A stretch of DNA of 64,000 nucleotides, taken from the NCBI RefSeq assembly GCF_018350175.1, contig NC_058368.1, positions 17,486,001-17,550,000 on the forward strand, given 5' to 3'. The notes under the pieces are model-generated. The model made no database searches, was not told the DNA's origin, and was given only the letters and a program-made list of their open reading frames with translations. The DNA comes from Felis catus. Taxonomy: Eukaryota. Shown here piece after piece: positions 24,111 to 36,978 of the stretch (its first letter is position 1; every line of letters begins with the position of its first letter). The translations under genes and the position numbers were made by a program.

Positions 24111-25099
24111 ATGCACGTGTGCTCATTTGGAGAGGACAGGCTAAGTCCAATCGTTCAGTAGAGCAAGGAACAGATGGCATTGTCAGTTCTAGGCAGGGCA
24201 CAATCACACACCAGATGAGCATTCCCAAACTGTGCTGCATATGCAAACCCAAGCGGCCAGCAATCCCTCTGATATTTAAATCCCCAGAGCTCCAAGACAG
24301 CATATTGCATCACATTCCTTTGAACAATAAAAATTGCTTAACTTTCTGCCTTCCTTCCACATTCCTTCCCACACCCGGCTCCCTGGGGCGAGCTGGAGAT
24401 GAGCTTCAAACTTAAGTTTTATGAAATTAAGCCTTTAGTCATTTGTTCTCTAGGGCAAGGGGATAGTGACACATGGCGATGCTGGAGAGTAATGAGTGAG
24501 ACTCAGCCCAATAAATGTGAAAATTATTTAGTCACCAAACAAGTATATGAAAACCTCCCTTTATGGGCAAAAGCCTATGTGGAATAGGTGATGATGCCAA
24601 AAAGAAAAAATAAGAAAAGGAAAGGTACAATCCCTGCCCTCAAGCCAACTCAAGCCAGTAATAAATCAGAGGAGATAAGATATACAAAGTGTCCAAACTA
24701 CATTGGAACTTGAGGAACATAAAGTGAAAAAGAGCTTAAATGAATGACATCCCTGCTAGTGGAGAGGATAAACTTGACGGAGTCAGTAATGGCATTCGAG
24801 CTGGACTTCGAGAAAGTGAGTTTTAACTTGGAAGATGAGGAGGTTGTAGTTCACTAGTGATAGAATGAAAATTATATAGGCAGTACTCAAGCAATTCCTA
24901 TTTCCATCTCTAATCCTTTAGCCTTTAAAAAATTAAAATGAGAAAAAAACTTTAGTCGTGGGATTTGGCCATTTTCTTCTTGTTGAATTCCCTTTGCAAC
25001 AATTTCCCCTCGTGAAAGCTTTCAGTGCGACTGGAACTCACACACAGTGCTGCTTGATACAAGCTGGTACTACCATTTTGGAAAAGTTGAGCTAAATAT

Positions 25100-25615
25100 G
25101 GGCATGGCTTATGCTCCCACAATGCACTTCTATATATATTCACCAAAAGGCACTTTTTACAATATTTATAGTAGCAACATTTAGTCCCAAACTAGAAGTG
25201 ATCCAAGTGCCCATTGACATTAAAATTGATGACTATATCATGGAACATTCACTCAATGGGATGCCATATAGCAGTAAATGCATATAGATATATATCCACA
25301 CATATATGAATGAACCTCTCAGACCTAAAGTGGAGCAAAGGAGCAGACACAAAAGAATAGATACTGTATGATTTTATTTTTATAAAGTACATAAACGGGT
25401 TAAAGTATTCTGTGCTGTTAGAAAATGAGACAATTGTTACCTTGATGGGGTAATGACTGGATAGGAGCCCAAGGAGGGGCTTTTCAGGCGTCATTAATAT
25501 ACTGTTTCTTTTTGGGGGTCTGCTTAAATGAATGTGTTCAGTTTATGAAAAGTCATCAAGTTTTACTCTTGTGATATGTGTACTTTTCTGAAGACACATT
25601 TTAATTAAAAGTTTT
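25100..25615 (+). mobile_element. L1ME-type 3' end remnant
   Basis: agacacaaaagaatagatactgtatgattttattt..ttcagtttatgaaaagtcatcaag. Confidence 0.7.
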
Positions 25616-26043
25616 AGATATTTTCTCAAATTAAGATAGCCTAGATTTCTCAAAAATAAAGCATAGGAGAATTAATTTCATTAAACTTGCTTTTCATCTT
25701 TGAAACCTAGTTCTTTGTCTTCTTCTTATTATTATAAAAATTTGACTTGGTCCTTAAGCCTCTAATGACTCTTCTGTATAGATAATATGTAACTTTCTCC
25801 AATAGGAAGGTTTGGACTAAGTTCCAGATTGATGTTCTTTGGGTTCATTGTCTCCTTAAATGTTGCTCATGTAAGTTCTGTCCTTACATCACTTCTCTTT
25901 GCGTTTTTTCCAATATTTACGTGCCTTTCATTCACCCCCTAGCTTCATTTTCTACCACTGAAGAGTGTTACCCAAATTTCTAGCACTGTCTTTAGCTTCA
26001 GAGGCCCTAAATGTTGTCTCCACTTGGATGTATCACAGGACCT

Positions 26044-26241
26044 TTAATTAATTAACTAGTTAATTAATTAATTTATGACAGAGTGCAAACAGGGGAGGGG
26101 CAGAGAGAGGGGGACAGAGGATCCGAAGCGGGCTCTGTGCAGACAGCAGCGAGCCCAATGTGGGGCTCGAACTCACGAACCACGAGATCATGCCCTAAGC
26201 CGAGGTAGGATGCTGAACCTACTGAGCCACTCAGGTGCCCC
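26044..26241 (-). mobile_element. Can-SINE with a palindromic tail
   Basis: TSD tatcacagg(a/c)cctt. Confidence 0.9.
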
Positions 26242-27180
26242 TATCACAGGCCCTTGAAATCAAACACATACAAAACAGAGCTTGACCCCTCCCCACAATA
26301 AAATCCATTTTCCTCCTGTTCTCCCATTATGATGAAAGGCCCTGCTGTCCATCTAGCAATCCCACTTGGCAGTCAGTCATCCTAGACTTTACTCTCCTTC
26401 TTCCTCACTTCCTTCATCCGCTAAGTTCACAGACTCTGTGAACTTACTTACTACTTACTTACTTACTAAAGAGTTCTTAAATCTTTATCTTTTTTTCAGT
26501 TCCAGGCCCACCCCCCAAAAAACTTGTGGGATAAATGAGTCTCCATAGTCACCATACCCCTGATTCTCAGGTAGCCAGTTCCCAGTCATCTGTTCCTTCT
26601 ACAAGTCTTTATTTATATCAATAGTAAGTCTATTCTATTAGTTCTCTGCACAAAAATCTTTGACTCGTCTTTGACTTTTCTCCTACACAGCCAGTTGGAT
26701 AGCTCTATCTTCAAAATGCATTCGGAATATGATCCAGGTTATTGCTTATCACCTCTTTCCCATCCTTGCCACCTGGATTCAGGCCACCAGCGTAGGTAGG
26801 CCGTTCTCACACCTGGACGTTGTGCTCCACCCACCCTGTTGGGTTTGCTGTGCCCCAGCACATCACACCATTGTGTGTGCCCACTCTCTTCTCCCTGCAG
26901 GGATGCGCATTCCCCTCTTGCCAACCTGGATAATTCTTTCTCATCTAAGGTGAACATATACCATCATTTTCTTTAAGATCTCTCTCCTGGAACTTTCAGG
27001 CTGAGCTAGTACTCTATGTTTTTATTTATCTTTATATTCCGAGTGCCGAGCACATTGCCTGGCATGCGGTTAGTTCTCAAGAAAGTCGGGGACATGATGA
27101 TGAACTAGCCTATTGCACTGTAATAAAGCCCTGCCGTAATGTCTTTTGCAAACATTTATTATAATAATTATCATATCCTA

Positions 27181-27387
27181 GGGGTGCCTGGGTGGCTCAG
27201 TCGGTTAAGCGTCTGACTTCGGCTCAGGTCATGATCTCACACTTCGTGGGTTCGAGCCCCGCATTGGGCTCTGTGCTGACAGCTCGGAGCCTGGAGCCTT
27301 CTTCCTATTCTGTGTCTCCCTCTCTCTCTGCTCCTCCCCTGCTCACACGCTGTCTCTCTCTCAAAAATAAAGATTAAAAAAAATTTT
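27181..27387 (+). mobile_element. Can-SINE (SINEC_Fc type)
   Basis: TSD taataattatca(t/c)atccta. Confidence 0.95.
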
Positions 27388-27496
27388 AATAATTATCACA
27401 TCCTATTGCAATTTTTGATTTCCATGTGTAGCTTCCTCACGAGGTTAAAAGCTACTCAAGGTCAGACAATGTGTGTCATAATCATAATTGCATCCT

Positions 27497-27676
27497 TGGG
27501 GCACCTGGGTGGCTCAGCTGGTTAAGCATCTGACTCAGGATTTCAGCTCAGGTTCTGATGTCCAGGGTTGGTGAGTTTGAGCCCTGCATTGGGCTCTGTG
27601 CTCGCAGCACAGAGCCTGCTTGGGATTGTCTCTTCTCTCTCTTTCTTTCTCTCAAAAATAAATAAACATTTAAAAT
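27497..27676 (+). mobile_element. Can-SINE
   Basis: ggggcacctgggtggctcag head, aataaataaacatt tail. Confidence 0.9.
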
Positions 27677-27788
27677 AGTAATATTTGCCTTCTTTGTATG
27701 CCCATAGTAGTGTCCAAGAATAATTGCTAAATGAATAAGAGCACAACTGAGTTGAGAGTGCATTTATCAGTCTGTGTTTCTTGCTAAC

Positions 27789-28407
27789 TGTATGGACTGA
27801 AATGTATTCTCCCAAAATTCATATGGTGAAGTCCTAACCCTCCATGTGATGGTTTTGGAGATAAGGCCTTCAGGAATTAATTAGGTTGAGATGTGGTTGG
27901 CCCCCATCATAGGATTAGTGCCCTTACAAGAAGAGACATCAGGGGGCACCTGGGTGGCTCAGTAGGTTGAATGTCCACTCTTCATTTCAACTCAGATCAT
28001 GATCTCACAGTTCATGGGTTCGAGCCCCATGTCGGGTTCTGCACTGTCAGTATGGAGTCTTCTTGGGCTTCTCTCTCTACCCCTCCCCCCCCACCTCTCT
28101 GCCTTTCCCTCACTTACTCTCTCTCTCTCTCAAAATAAATAAATAAAAACTTAAAAAAAAAAAGAAGAGTCATCAGAGAGTGAGCCCTCTAATCTCTCTT
28201 TCTCCACGTGTCCCCTTCCCTTCTATGTGAAGACACAGCTAGAATCCTGATGTCTGCATACCAGGAAGAGACTCCCACCAGAATCTGGACATCCTGGCAT
28301 CCTGATCTTGGACTTCCAGCCTCAAAAACTGTGAGAAAATAAATTTCTGTTGTTTAAGCCGCCCAATCTATGGGATTCTGTGACGGCAGCCTGAGCGGAT
28401 TAATATA
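27789..28407 (+). mobile_element. MaLR LTR (MLT1A-like), interrupted by a SINE
   Basis: tatggactgaaatg..caaaattcatatg..gatcttggacttccagcctc..gtgagaaaataaatttctgttgtttaagcc. Confidence 0.85.
27942..28161 (+). mobile_element. Can-SINE inside MLT1A
   Basis: TSD aagaagag(a/t)catcag. Confidence 0.93.
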
Positions 28408-29724
28408 CTGTCCCATCTGAATTAGCTACTTCTGGCTCTTGTCAAGAGCCATGATTGGGAACCTCCCAAAAAATACACATTATACGTTTTCTACAAATTA
28501 TTGCTTTGTCTTGACTGTACATTTTAACCGTTTCCAGGTGGTGCTAATAAGGCCAAGATCAATTAGCTTGTTGTAATACAAAGTCACAAATTACATTCTT
28601 AGCCACAACCAGTCATCTCAGGAAAGTGAAACTGAATAACCCCATTGCTGGGAAATCAATCCAAAGCCCATTTCCTCCTGAGTAGTGGTCTATAAGTGCC
28701 ATGCTTATAAATTAAGAACAAAATATTGTTCTGATACACTTTCCATTACTTTCCTGTAATTGACTCTTGGTAACTAATTTTTTCCCCCCTCTTTATTTGA
28801 CTCACAGGAAAATGAATGGCTCTTCAATTATGTCATCATGGATACTTAATTTTTATGAATTAGGTTTTTAAGAATCTAAACCTGTTTACTCCGTGTGTTT
28901 TTAAGAAGAATGGAGGAATTCCCATAAGCATATTTACCTCCTCCACTTGTAATTTCTCCCTAAAGGGAATTCACATGGATCAGTTGATCCTGATGAAGGA
29001 ACAACAGGTGAAATCATACCTATTTGTAATTAGAGCTTTTGGTTTAATATCATCAAGTCCAGCCTACGTCTGGGTCAGAATACACTGGGCAGCTAGAGCC
29101 ACGGCGCTTTTCTTGAACTCTTGCCAATGGTAGGTTGCAGTAAATGGTAAGTTTGAAACCAGAAAGGCCCAAGTCAAGTTGTAACCTCCTGGTTGATTGT
29201 CTGATTTGTTTTTTTAATCGGGGCGTCAATTCAATATTCAAAAAGGTGGAGAAGACGCTCCTAGGACTGATCTAAGACAGACTAGCTAGGAAGCAATTGT
29301 CTGACGCTTCCCCATCAAGTTGCTTACAAGGAATCCCACTCCCAATTCTGTGTGTCGTGCCTTCTTAGTTTCCGCATTGGTTTCTTCCCAAATGAAAACT
29401 AAGAAAGAGACCCATATGTTGGTGGCTGTGTCTCTCACACCATCAAAACATGGTGGTGGCATGATTATAGGATGGTGAATATTCTCCTTAAAAAGAAAAA
29501 ACAGCACACAATAATAACAATAAACCCCTGGAAGGAAAAGGCTGATTCCAGAGATTTCCGGGGTCATACATTTTGACACTATTAGAATGAAATGGATCAC
29601 AATTCACACCAGGGTACAGGCTCCCAAACAGTGCTCTCCCCTCAAGCTCTTGCTGTTTCATACTTCCTCTGTGTGACTCCTTCACTGCTTTCCTGGGCAT
29701 TCTCAGCTCTTGCTCTTAGAGACC

Positions 29725-29932
29725 CTTTTTTAAAGTTTACTTTAATTTCTTCTGAGAGAGAGATAGAGAACAAGCAGGGGAGGGACAGAAAGAGGGAGAC
29801 ACAATGCCAAGCAGGGTCCACGCTGTCAGCATGGAGCCCGATGCAGGGCTTGGACTCACGAACTATGAGATCATGACCTAAGCCAAAATCAAGAGTCTCA
29901 GGTACGTAAACGACTGAACCACCCAGGTGCCC
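29725..29932 (-). mobile_element. Can-SINE
   Basis: Full body; imperfect TSD taga.ac.cttttt. Confidence 0.9.
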
Positions 29933-32687
29933 TAGAAACTCTTTTTTGAGGGTCCCAGGGAGGGAGCCATTTTTCCAGGGTTGGCTGGTGAGGTACCAAG
30001 CTGTTCCAGTACGAGGGTGATAAAATATTTACTGCATTGATGTGACAATATCACAGATTTTCTCCAAGCAAACTTCCTTCTGGGTCCTCAGCAAGAAAAA
30101 TAACTGTGAAGTCCAACCTGCAGCCCCAGTGGCAGCACACTGTGAGTCTGCCCCTTCAAAATGGTGACGAGGACATGCCTCCCTCGCTCTTCCGGGAGGG
30201 AAACCGCCTTGGTGCTGGAAAGTCTGAAGGAAACAAATGGTCTGGTTGTGCTTGACGAGCGCTTGCTAGGATGTCCAGCATGCTGGCAAGGGAGAGCCAA
30301 CGGAATCCAAAACTTTTTGGGTGCAATTTGCAGCTCAGTCAAGGCCCATGGTGGTTCTCTTACACTTCCTGCCACACCCCACCATCGCTTCTTTCGGACA
30401 AGCCATCCCACCCACGAGGGACTGTTAGAGCCATCTGGAGACCTGCCGAGCAGAGAGACTGAGAGGGCCGCCTCCAGGGAAGCTTCTGTTCCCTGAAGCT
30501 GAGCAGGGGAATCTGTAATTAAGGCTCAGCTCTTAGCGGACCTAGGGCTTTTAAGCCTCATTTTTACCCCTTTCCGTTGTACTCGATCCGAAAACATTAA
30601 CCTGAGAACTCACAAGTGGAGAGGACTATCTCCAGTCTTCAAGATCCTCGCGTCAGACCGTTTTCTCTACTTTGACCTCAAGTTAGCATCCATCCACAGT
30701 TACGATTTGTTTTCGAATTTTGTGGCATGCAGCATGCTCTCCAGCTAAAATCTACCGCCGGCCAAAATATTTTGCTCGATTAAAAGGGAGGGGAGTGTGC
30801 ATAAGCTCAAGATTCAAACAAAACAAAAGAAACTGCCTATAATTTTGTTTCAAGAGGGTGCTCAGTGTAGGTCTGCAGCGCGGATGATCATGCTAGTCGT
30901 CAGCAAGAGTTCTGCAACAAGCGAGTCCTGGGAGCACCTTTCATTTCCATCTCCTCTCAGAGTTTCTCTGTCTCTCTCTCTTTCCAAAAAGAGGGCTTTT
31001 CGGCGCATTGACACTCGTATGCCCGAGTAAAATGTAACAGAGCCAGGCTCAGCACTCTTACCCATCCTCGGTTCTCTGCCGTCTTCTCCAGATGAGGATG
31101 CCATTGAAGAGACAGCTGACTCGTTATCAGGAGGCACAACAGGAACCCCAAGGAAAGTCAGGTTCATGTTGTCCTGATGTAATTACTGACGCCCTTAATT
31201 AAATCATGTACAGAGACATTAAATAGTTCAGCAAAGTCGCAAAGTCTGTTTCAGGGTGCTTTACCTCTTGAAAGACACTAATAGGAAATGGTCTTCTCAG
31301 GTAAATGAAATGTAGCTGTGCTGGTGGGTAGGGCAGACACACCGCATGCAGTTTTAATTAAACGTTCGCCTAACCGTGTAAAAAGACAGTGATGGATCTT
31401 CATAGCGCCTGGCAATGCCACCATCCTGCAGTCATTCTTTAATTAGCATGCTGGCGAGTTGAAGAGAAAGCGGCTTTAACTCAGGAGCAGGTGGCTCTTC
31501 CGAGTGACAAGGGGAATGACAATTTCTGTCCTGTTTCCTTCGCATGGAGCTTTCTGGTCCGCAAGATCCCCGAGGAGCCCCTGCCTGATGAGACCTGAGG
31601 TCGGGTTTAATATCTTCTGAAAGCAACCAGTTCCGAATCTTGTTCCATTTAAAAACGTCTGACTCGCGAGCTTTCCAGAGACGAATTTCCTCGGTCTCTC
31701 CCTGCGCATTTCTCCTATTCCATGATGAGATTGGCCTTTAGGCTGTTAAAAGCCAGGCTTCATAAAAATTTATAGTTTCTCTGAGGCAGATAAGACTGTC
31801 TGTCAGATCCAATCTAGTCTCAAATGACGACCTAGATCGGACTTTTAGTATACGTGCTGCCGAAAGGAGCACTGATCAGACTTTTAAAGTTCGGGAACCA
31901 GGAACCCCCATGTCCCTCTTAGCTGGCAATGGGCTTGAAAGAAGAAGAGAGGAAAAGATCTTTGTTTTTCACAGATGTTGTTTTTGAAACAAAAGGAAAA
32001 GTTAAGGAAATCCTAAGGAATAAGAAAAATAAGAATGTTCAAAAGTGACTGTGTGCTGTGGTTCTTAGGGGCCTGTGTTTAGAACTTTTTTTCATATGTA
32101 AATGCTCTTCCCCTGGGCCTCTAGCTCTCCTGGGGTGGCTGGGTTGCCCCTGGGAAATGTTAGATAATGAGTTTAATTCACTTTACATAGCTAAGATTGA
32201 CCGAATCAAAAATGGAAAATTTATCTGTTTGGAGTAGGAGTGTTATATCTCCGTTGATTTTCAGGTTTTCAAGTATGAATTGCAAACAAACTAGTCCAAA
32301 CCAATGATGTGCAGCCCAGGGGCTGAGCCAGTTGTGGATGTTGGTCTTTCAGACAGCGATATTGTTCTGTCTTCCTGGTGTTCTACTGTTTTTAGATCCA
32401 GAGACCATTCATTGCTCATTCACAGAAAACAAACAAACAAACATATATCACATCTAACTACGTGCCAGATAGGTGCTGCGGATCCAAAGACACATAGGCC
32501 TTTCACCTTGAGGAAATCTCCATCATGAGGTATATAGAAAGATGGGTAATCATAAACACAAGAGATATGATGAGATCTATAGTAAAGACACAGGCAACTA
32601 CTTTGTGAACCAGAGGCAGGAACAGAACATTTTTCCAGGTATCATGCATAAATTGACATTGAGTTTGGTTTCTTTCCCCCACCCCCC

Positions 32688-34525
32688 AGCTTTACTGAGG
32701 TACAATTGACGAATTAAATTGTATATATTTCTAGTGTGCAACATGAAGTTTGGATGTACATGTACATTGTGAAATGATTACCATAATCGGGCTAATAACA
32801 TTTCTATCACCTCAAATAGTTACCATTTGTGTGGGTGTGTGTGGTGAGAACACTTAAGATCTATTCTGTTAATAAGTTACAAGTGTACAATACAATGTTA
32901 TTAACTAGAGTCACCACGTTGCACATTAGATCTACAGAACTTACCCTGCATAGCTAAAGCTTTGTACCCTTTGACCACCATCTCCCCATTTCCCTCACCC
33001 CCAGACCCTGGCAACCACCATTCTACTCTGCTTCTGTGAATTTGTTTTTTTGGATTCCATGTATAAGTGATATCATGTCGTATTCATCTTTTTGCGTCTG
33101 GCTTATCGCACTTAACATGATGCCCTCACATTTATCAATGTTGTCACAACTGGTAGGATTTCCTTCTTTTGTTTCAAGCTTGATAGTATTCTAGTGTATG
33201 TATTTATATCACATTTTCTTTCTTTTTTTTTTGTTTTAGGTGATCATTTATTTATTTTGAGAGAGAGACAGAGAGCTTGAGCAGAGGAAGGACAGAGAGA
33301 GAGAAGACACAGAATCTGAAGCAGGCTCCAGGCTCTGAGCACAGAATCTGACACGGGTCTTGAACCCACAAACTGTGAGATCATGACCTAAGCCGAAGGC
33401 AGAGGCTTAGTGGGCTGAGTCACCCAGGTGCCCCTACATCACATTTTCTTTACCCCTTCATCCTTCAACAGACACTTAGGTTGTTTCCATATTTTGGCTT
33501 AGTGTGAATAATGCTAAAATGGACATGGGAGAGCAGACATCCTTTTGAGATACTGGTTCTGTTTCCTTTGAATATACATCTAGCAGTGGGATGGCTGGAT
33601 CATATGGTAGTTCTATTTTAATTTTTTGAAGAACCTCCATACTATCTTCCATGATGTCTGTACGAATTTACATTCCTGCCAACAGTGCACAAGCGTTCCC
33701 TTTTCTCTGCGTCCTTACCAACACTTGTTATCTTTTATCTCCTTGATGATAGTCATTTCAACAGGTGTGAGATGATACATCACTGTGGCTTTGATGTGCA
33801 TTTCCCCTGATGCTTAGTGATGCTAAAAACACTTTAATTAACTGTTGGCCATTTGTATATCTTCTTCCAAGACATGGCTATATGCCTTGCTCATTTTTAA
33901 ATCGGGTTCTTTGTTGTTTGCTATTGAATTGTTTGAGTTCCTTATGTATTGGATATTAGCCATTTATCAGATGTATGATTTACAAATATTTTCTCCCATT
34001 TGATAGGCTGTTTGTTCACTCGGTTGATTGTTTTCTTTCCTGGGCAGAAGTTTAATTTCATACAATTCCATGTGTCTTTTTTTTTTTTTTTTTAGCTTTC
34101 CTTGCCTATGTTTTGGGGATCATATCCAAAAAATCATCTAGAACAAATGTCAGGACGCTTTTGCTTTATGTTTTCTTCTAGTAGTCTTAAAATTTCAAGT
34201 ACTGTTTAAGTCTTTAACCTACTTGGAGTTGATTTTTGTATGTGGTGTGAGAGAAGAGGCCAATTTCATTCTTCTGCCTGTGGATGTCCAATTCTCCCAC
34301 CGTTTATTGAAGAGGCTACCCTTTCCCCATTGTGTGTTCTTGGCACCTTCGTTGGAGATTAGGTGAATGTAAATGTGTGAACATATTTTTGGGGCTCTAT
34401 TCTCTTCCATTGGTCTGTCTATATTTTAATGCCAGGATCATACTGTTTTGATTATTGTAACTTCATAATATAGTCTGAAATCAGGAGGTGTGATGCCTCC
34501 ACCTCTGTTCGTCTTGCTCAAGATG
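32688..34525 (-). mobile_element. 5'-truncated L1 (L1MA-type 3' UTR plus degenerate ORF2 end)
   Basis: ctttactgaggtacaattgac..ggtgagaacacttaagatcta..; ORF2 remnant 34219-34410 (..KNTQWGKGSLFNK..LTPHTKINSK). Confidence 0.9.
33221..33434 (-). mobile_element. Can-SINE inside L1
   Basis: TSD atcacattttcttt. Confidence 0.93.
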
Positions 34526-35796
34526 TCCATATGAATTATAACCAGTGAGGAATATTGGTCCAGCATTGCCAGATCTCTCCCTTTTTTAAGTAAACATTCA
34601 GAGCTTTAAAAACTCTTGAAGTTCCCTTCTAGGAACTTTTCATGGAATTACACCTCCACCAGGCAAAGCAACATTTGCATTCATTACATGCATTCATCAC
34701 AACGTGTTTGAAAGAAAATGGTAGAGAAAAATGAGGAACTGTCCACAACGAAATTGCTCAATAAATTTTCTGAGCTTTTAGATGAATGCAACTAATTCAA
34801 ACTTAAAGAAAACAGAACATGTCTGCAAGGTGTATTCATCTCACATGCTGCCACATGGCAACCATCAGCTATTGGAGAAATGCTAGCTTTCTATTTGCTG
34901 GTCCCTTCTATCTCCATTCTTATCAAACACATTTCCTGCTGGCAGTTTTGGGAAAATGGATGATCATTTAGGGATACGCAATCCACCTTGGAAACTAATG
35001 TTCATGTTAAAGTGAAGTTTTCTTCAGAGTTAGCACCTTGGAGGCAGATTTGACTTGAAATGCATTCACTTTGTACCTTTTGAGAAGCTATTTACACTTG
35101 CTAGTGTTAATAAAAGAAAGCATTTGGCCATACAGGGAAAAAGCACAGACTTGTGTTTATTCAATCAGTACAAAGACGACTTCAGAAAGCCTGGAGGGGG
35201 GTGGGGTGGGGGGTGGGCATGTAAGATGAAAGATAAGGAGAAAGAAAACCCTACTCTACCTAATAGAAAGATGCCAGGTCAGGAACCCAGGTGCCCAACA
35301 AAGCATCTCTTACACCTGAGAGTTTTCTCAATTGTGTTGTAAAATCTAGAATCTTATCAAGACACATTTAATCAAAGAGAATTCCTCGGTATATACTATC
35401 TTGCTACTCAAATACTGGTTAACAAAAAATGAAATGTAAGTACAGTGAAATAAAGGGTATGCATACTCTGAATTCTACAGAGGAATGGCTATGCTTATTA
35501 GAAATGTGATTACATTAACCTTGGAGACCTAGTCTATCTTTCTGACAGCAATTTAGCTTGGTCCACAACAAGACGTGTTTACGTCATAAAAATCTCCTCA
35601 GGGTATTTCACTGGAGAAAATATATAAATGGTCTTTTATATAAAAAGATACTCTATTTCACTCATAATAGGAGAAGCACAAATTAAAACTACACCAAGAT
35701 ACCATTTCTTACCTATCAGTTTGGCAAAAATTCAAATGCTTAGCAAAGAGGCATTCCTCATACATTACTGGTAGTGCAAAATGGCATAACCACAAA

Positions 35797-35836
35797 ATTA
35801 GCCTGGGTTCCCCAGAGAAACAGAACCAAGAGGATG

Positions 35837-35927
<91 letters not shown>

Positions 35928-36302
35928 GTAGGTGTGAATGTATGTATTTTAAGGGATTGCCTACCATGATTATGAGGGCTGGCAAGCCCTAAATCTGCAG
36001 GGTGGGCCATCAGGCTGGAGACCCAGGAAAACCTGATGCTTCAGTTGAAGTCCAAAGGCTGTTTGTTGGCAGAAATTACCCTCTCGCTCAGGGAAAGTCA
36101 GTCTTTTGCTCAATAGAGGTCTTCAACTTATTGGTGAGGGTCCACCCACATTCTGGAGGACAATTTGCTTTCCTCAAAGCCCACCAATTTAAATGTTAAT
36201 CTCATCCAAGAAACACCCTTACAAAATCACACAGAATAATGTTCGACCACGTATCTGGGCACCATGGCCCAGCCAAGCTGGCACATAAAATTAACTCTCA
36301 CA
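35797..36302 (-). mobile_element. ERVL LTR (MLT2B-like)
   Basis: gggttccccagagaaacagaaccaa..aggctggagacccagg..aatgttaatctcatcca..cacataaaattaac. Confidence 0.88.
35835..35930. repeat. Compound (TATATG)n/(TGTATG)n microsatellite
   Basis: Directly visible, inside the MLT2 LTR. Confidence 0.95.
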
Positions 36303-36692
36303 AACGTAACGTAAGAGAATTTAACAGTATCCAGTAATACCACATATGCATTTACCTTTCTATCCAACAATCCCCTTTCTGGGACTGTATTGTGAAGGTA
36401 TCCGTCCACAACATGAATCAATTTGAAACAACATTTGCACAAAGTTACTAATTACAACATTGTTTGAAATAACAAAATATTGGAGAAAAACTGGGACCAT
36501 TCTGAGAGAACTGACTGAATAAACTATAAGATAGCCATATAATAGATTGTTAGTGAAAAATGAAAAATACTAAGGTAGAGCTCTATGAACTGGTATAGCA
36601 TTATTTTCAAAATATATTCAGAAGTTAAAAAAAAAAGCACATTGCAAATAAATATATAGTATGCTACCTTGTATAAGAAATAAGGGGGAATT

Positions 36693-36895
36693 GGGCCCCT
36701 GGGTGGTTCAGTTGGTTAAGCCTCTGGCTTCAGCTTGGGTCATGATCTCACATTCATGGGTACAAGCCCAGCATCGGGCTCTGTGCCGACAGCTCAGAGC
36801 CTGGAGCCTGCTTCGAATTCTATGTCTCCCTCTCTCTCTGCCCCTCACCTGCTTGTGCTCTCTCTCAAAAATAAACATAAAATTTTTTTTTAAAA
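36693..36895 (+). mobile_element. Can-SINE
   Basis: TSD aagaaataagggg(g/a)aatt. Confidence 0.93.
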
Positions 36896-36943
36896 AAGAA
36901 ATAAGGGGAAATTATATATGTAACATACGTATGTAAATATAAG

Positions 36944-36978
<35 letters not shown>

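Larger units (their letters stand above)
35600..36690 (+). mobile_element. Old L1 (L1ME-type) ORF2 end/3' remnant, interrupted by an MLT2 LTR
   Basis: aaattaaaactacaccaagataccattt..cattcctcatacattactggtag.. Confidence 0.6.

Noticed and set aside
23870..24415. Longest ORF in the track (181 aa)
   Set aside because: GTG start, runs through a (GT)n tract, no recognisable domain or exon structure.
30088..31709. Overlapping 60-110 aa ORFs in the CpG-richer block
   Set aside because: No recognisable homology; expected from higher GC content.
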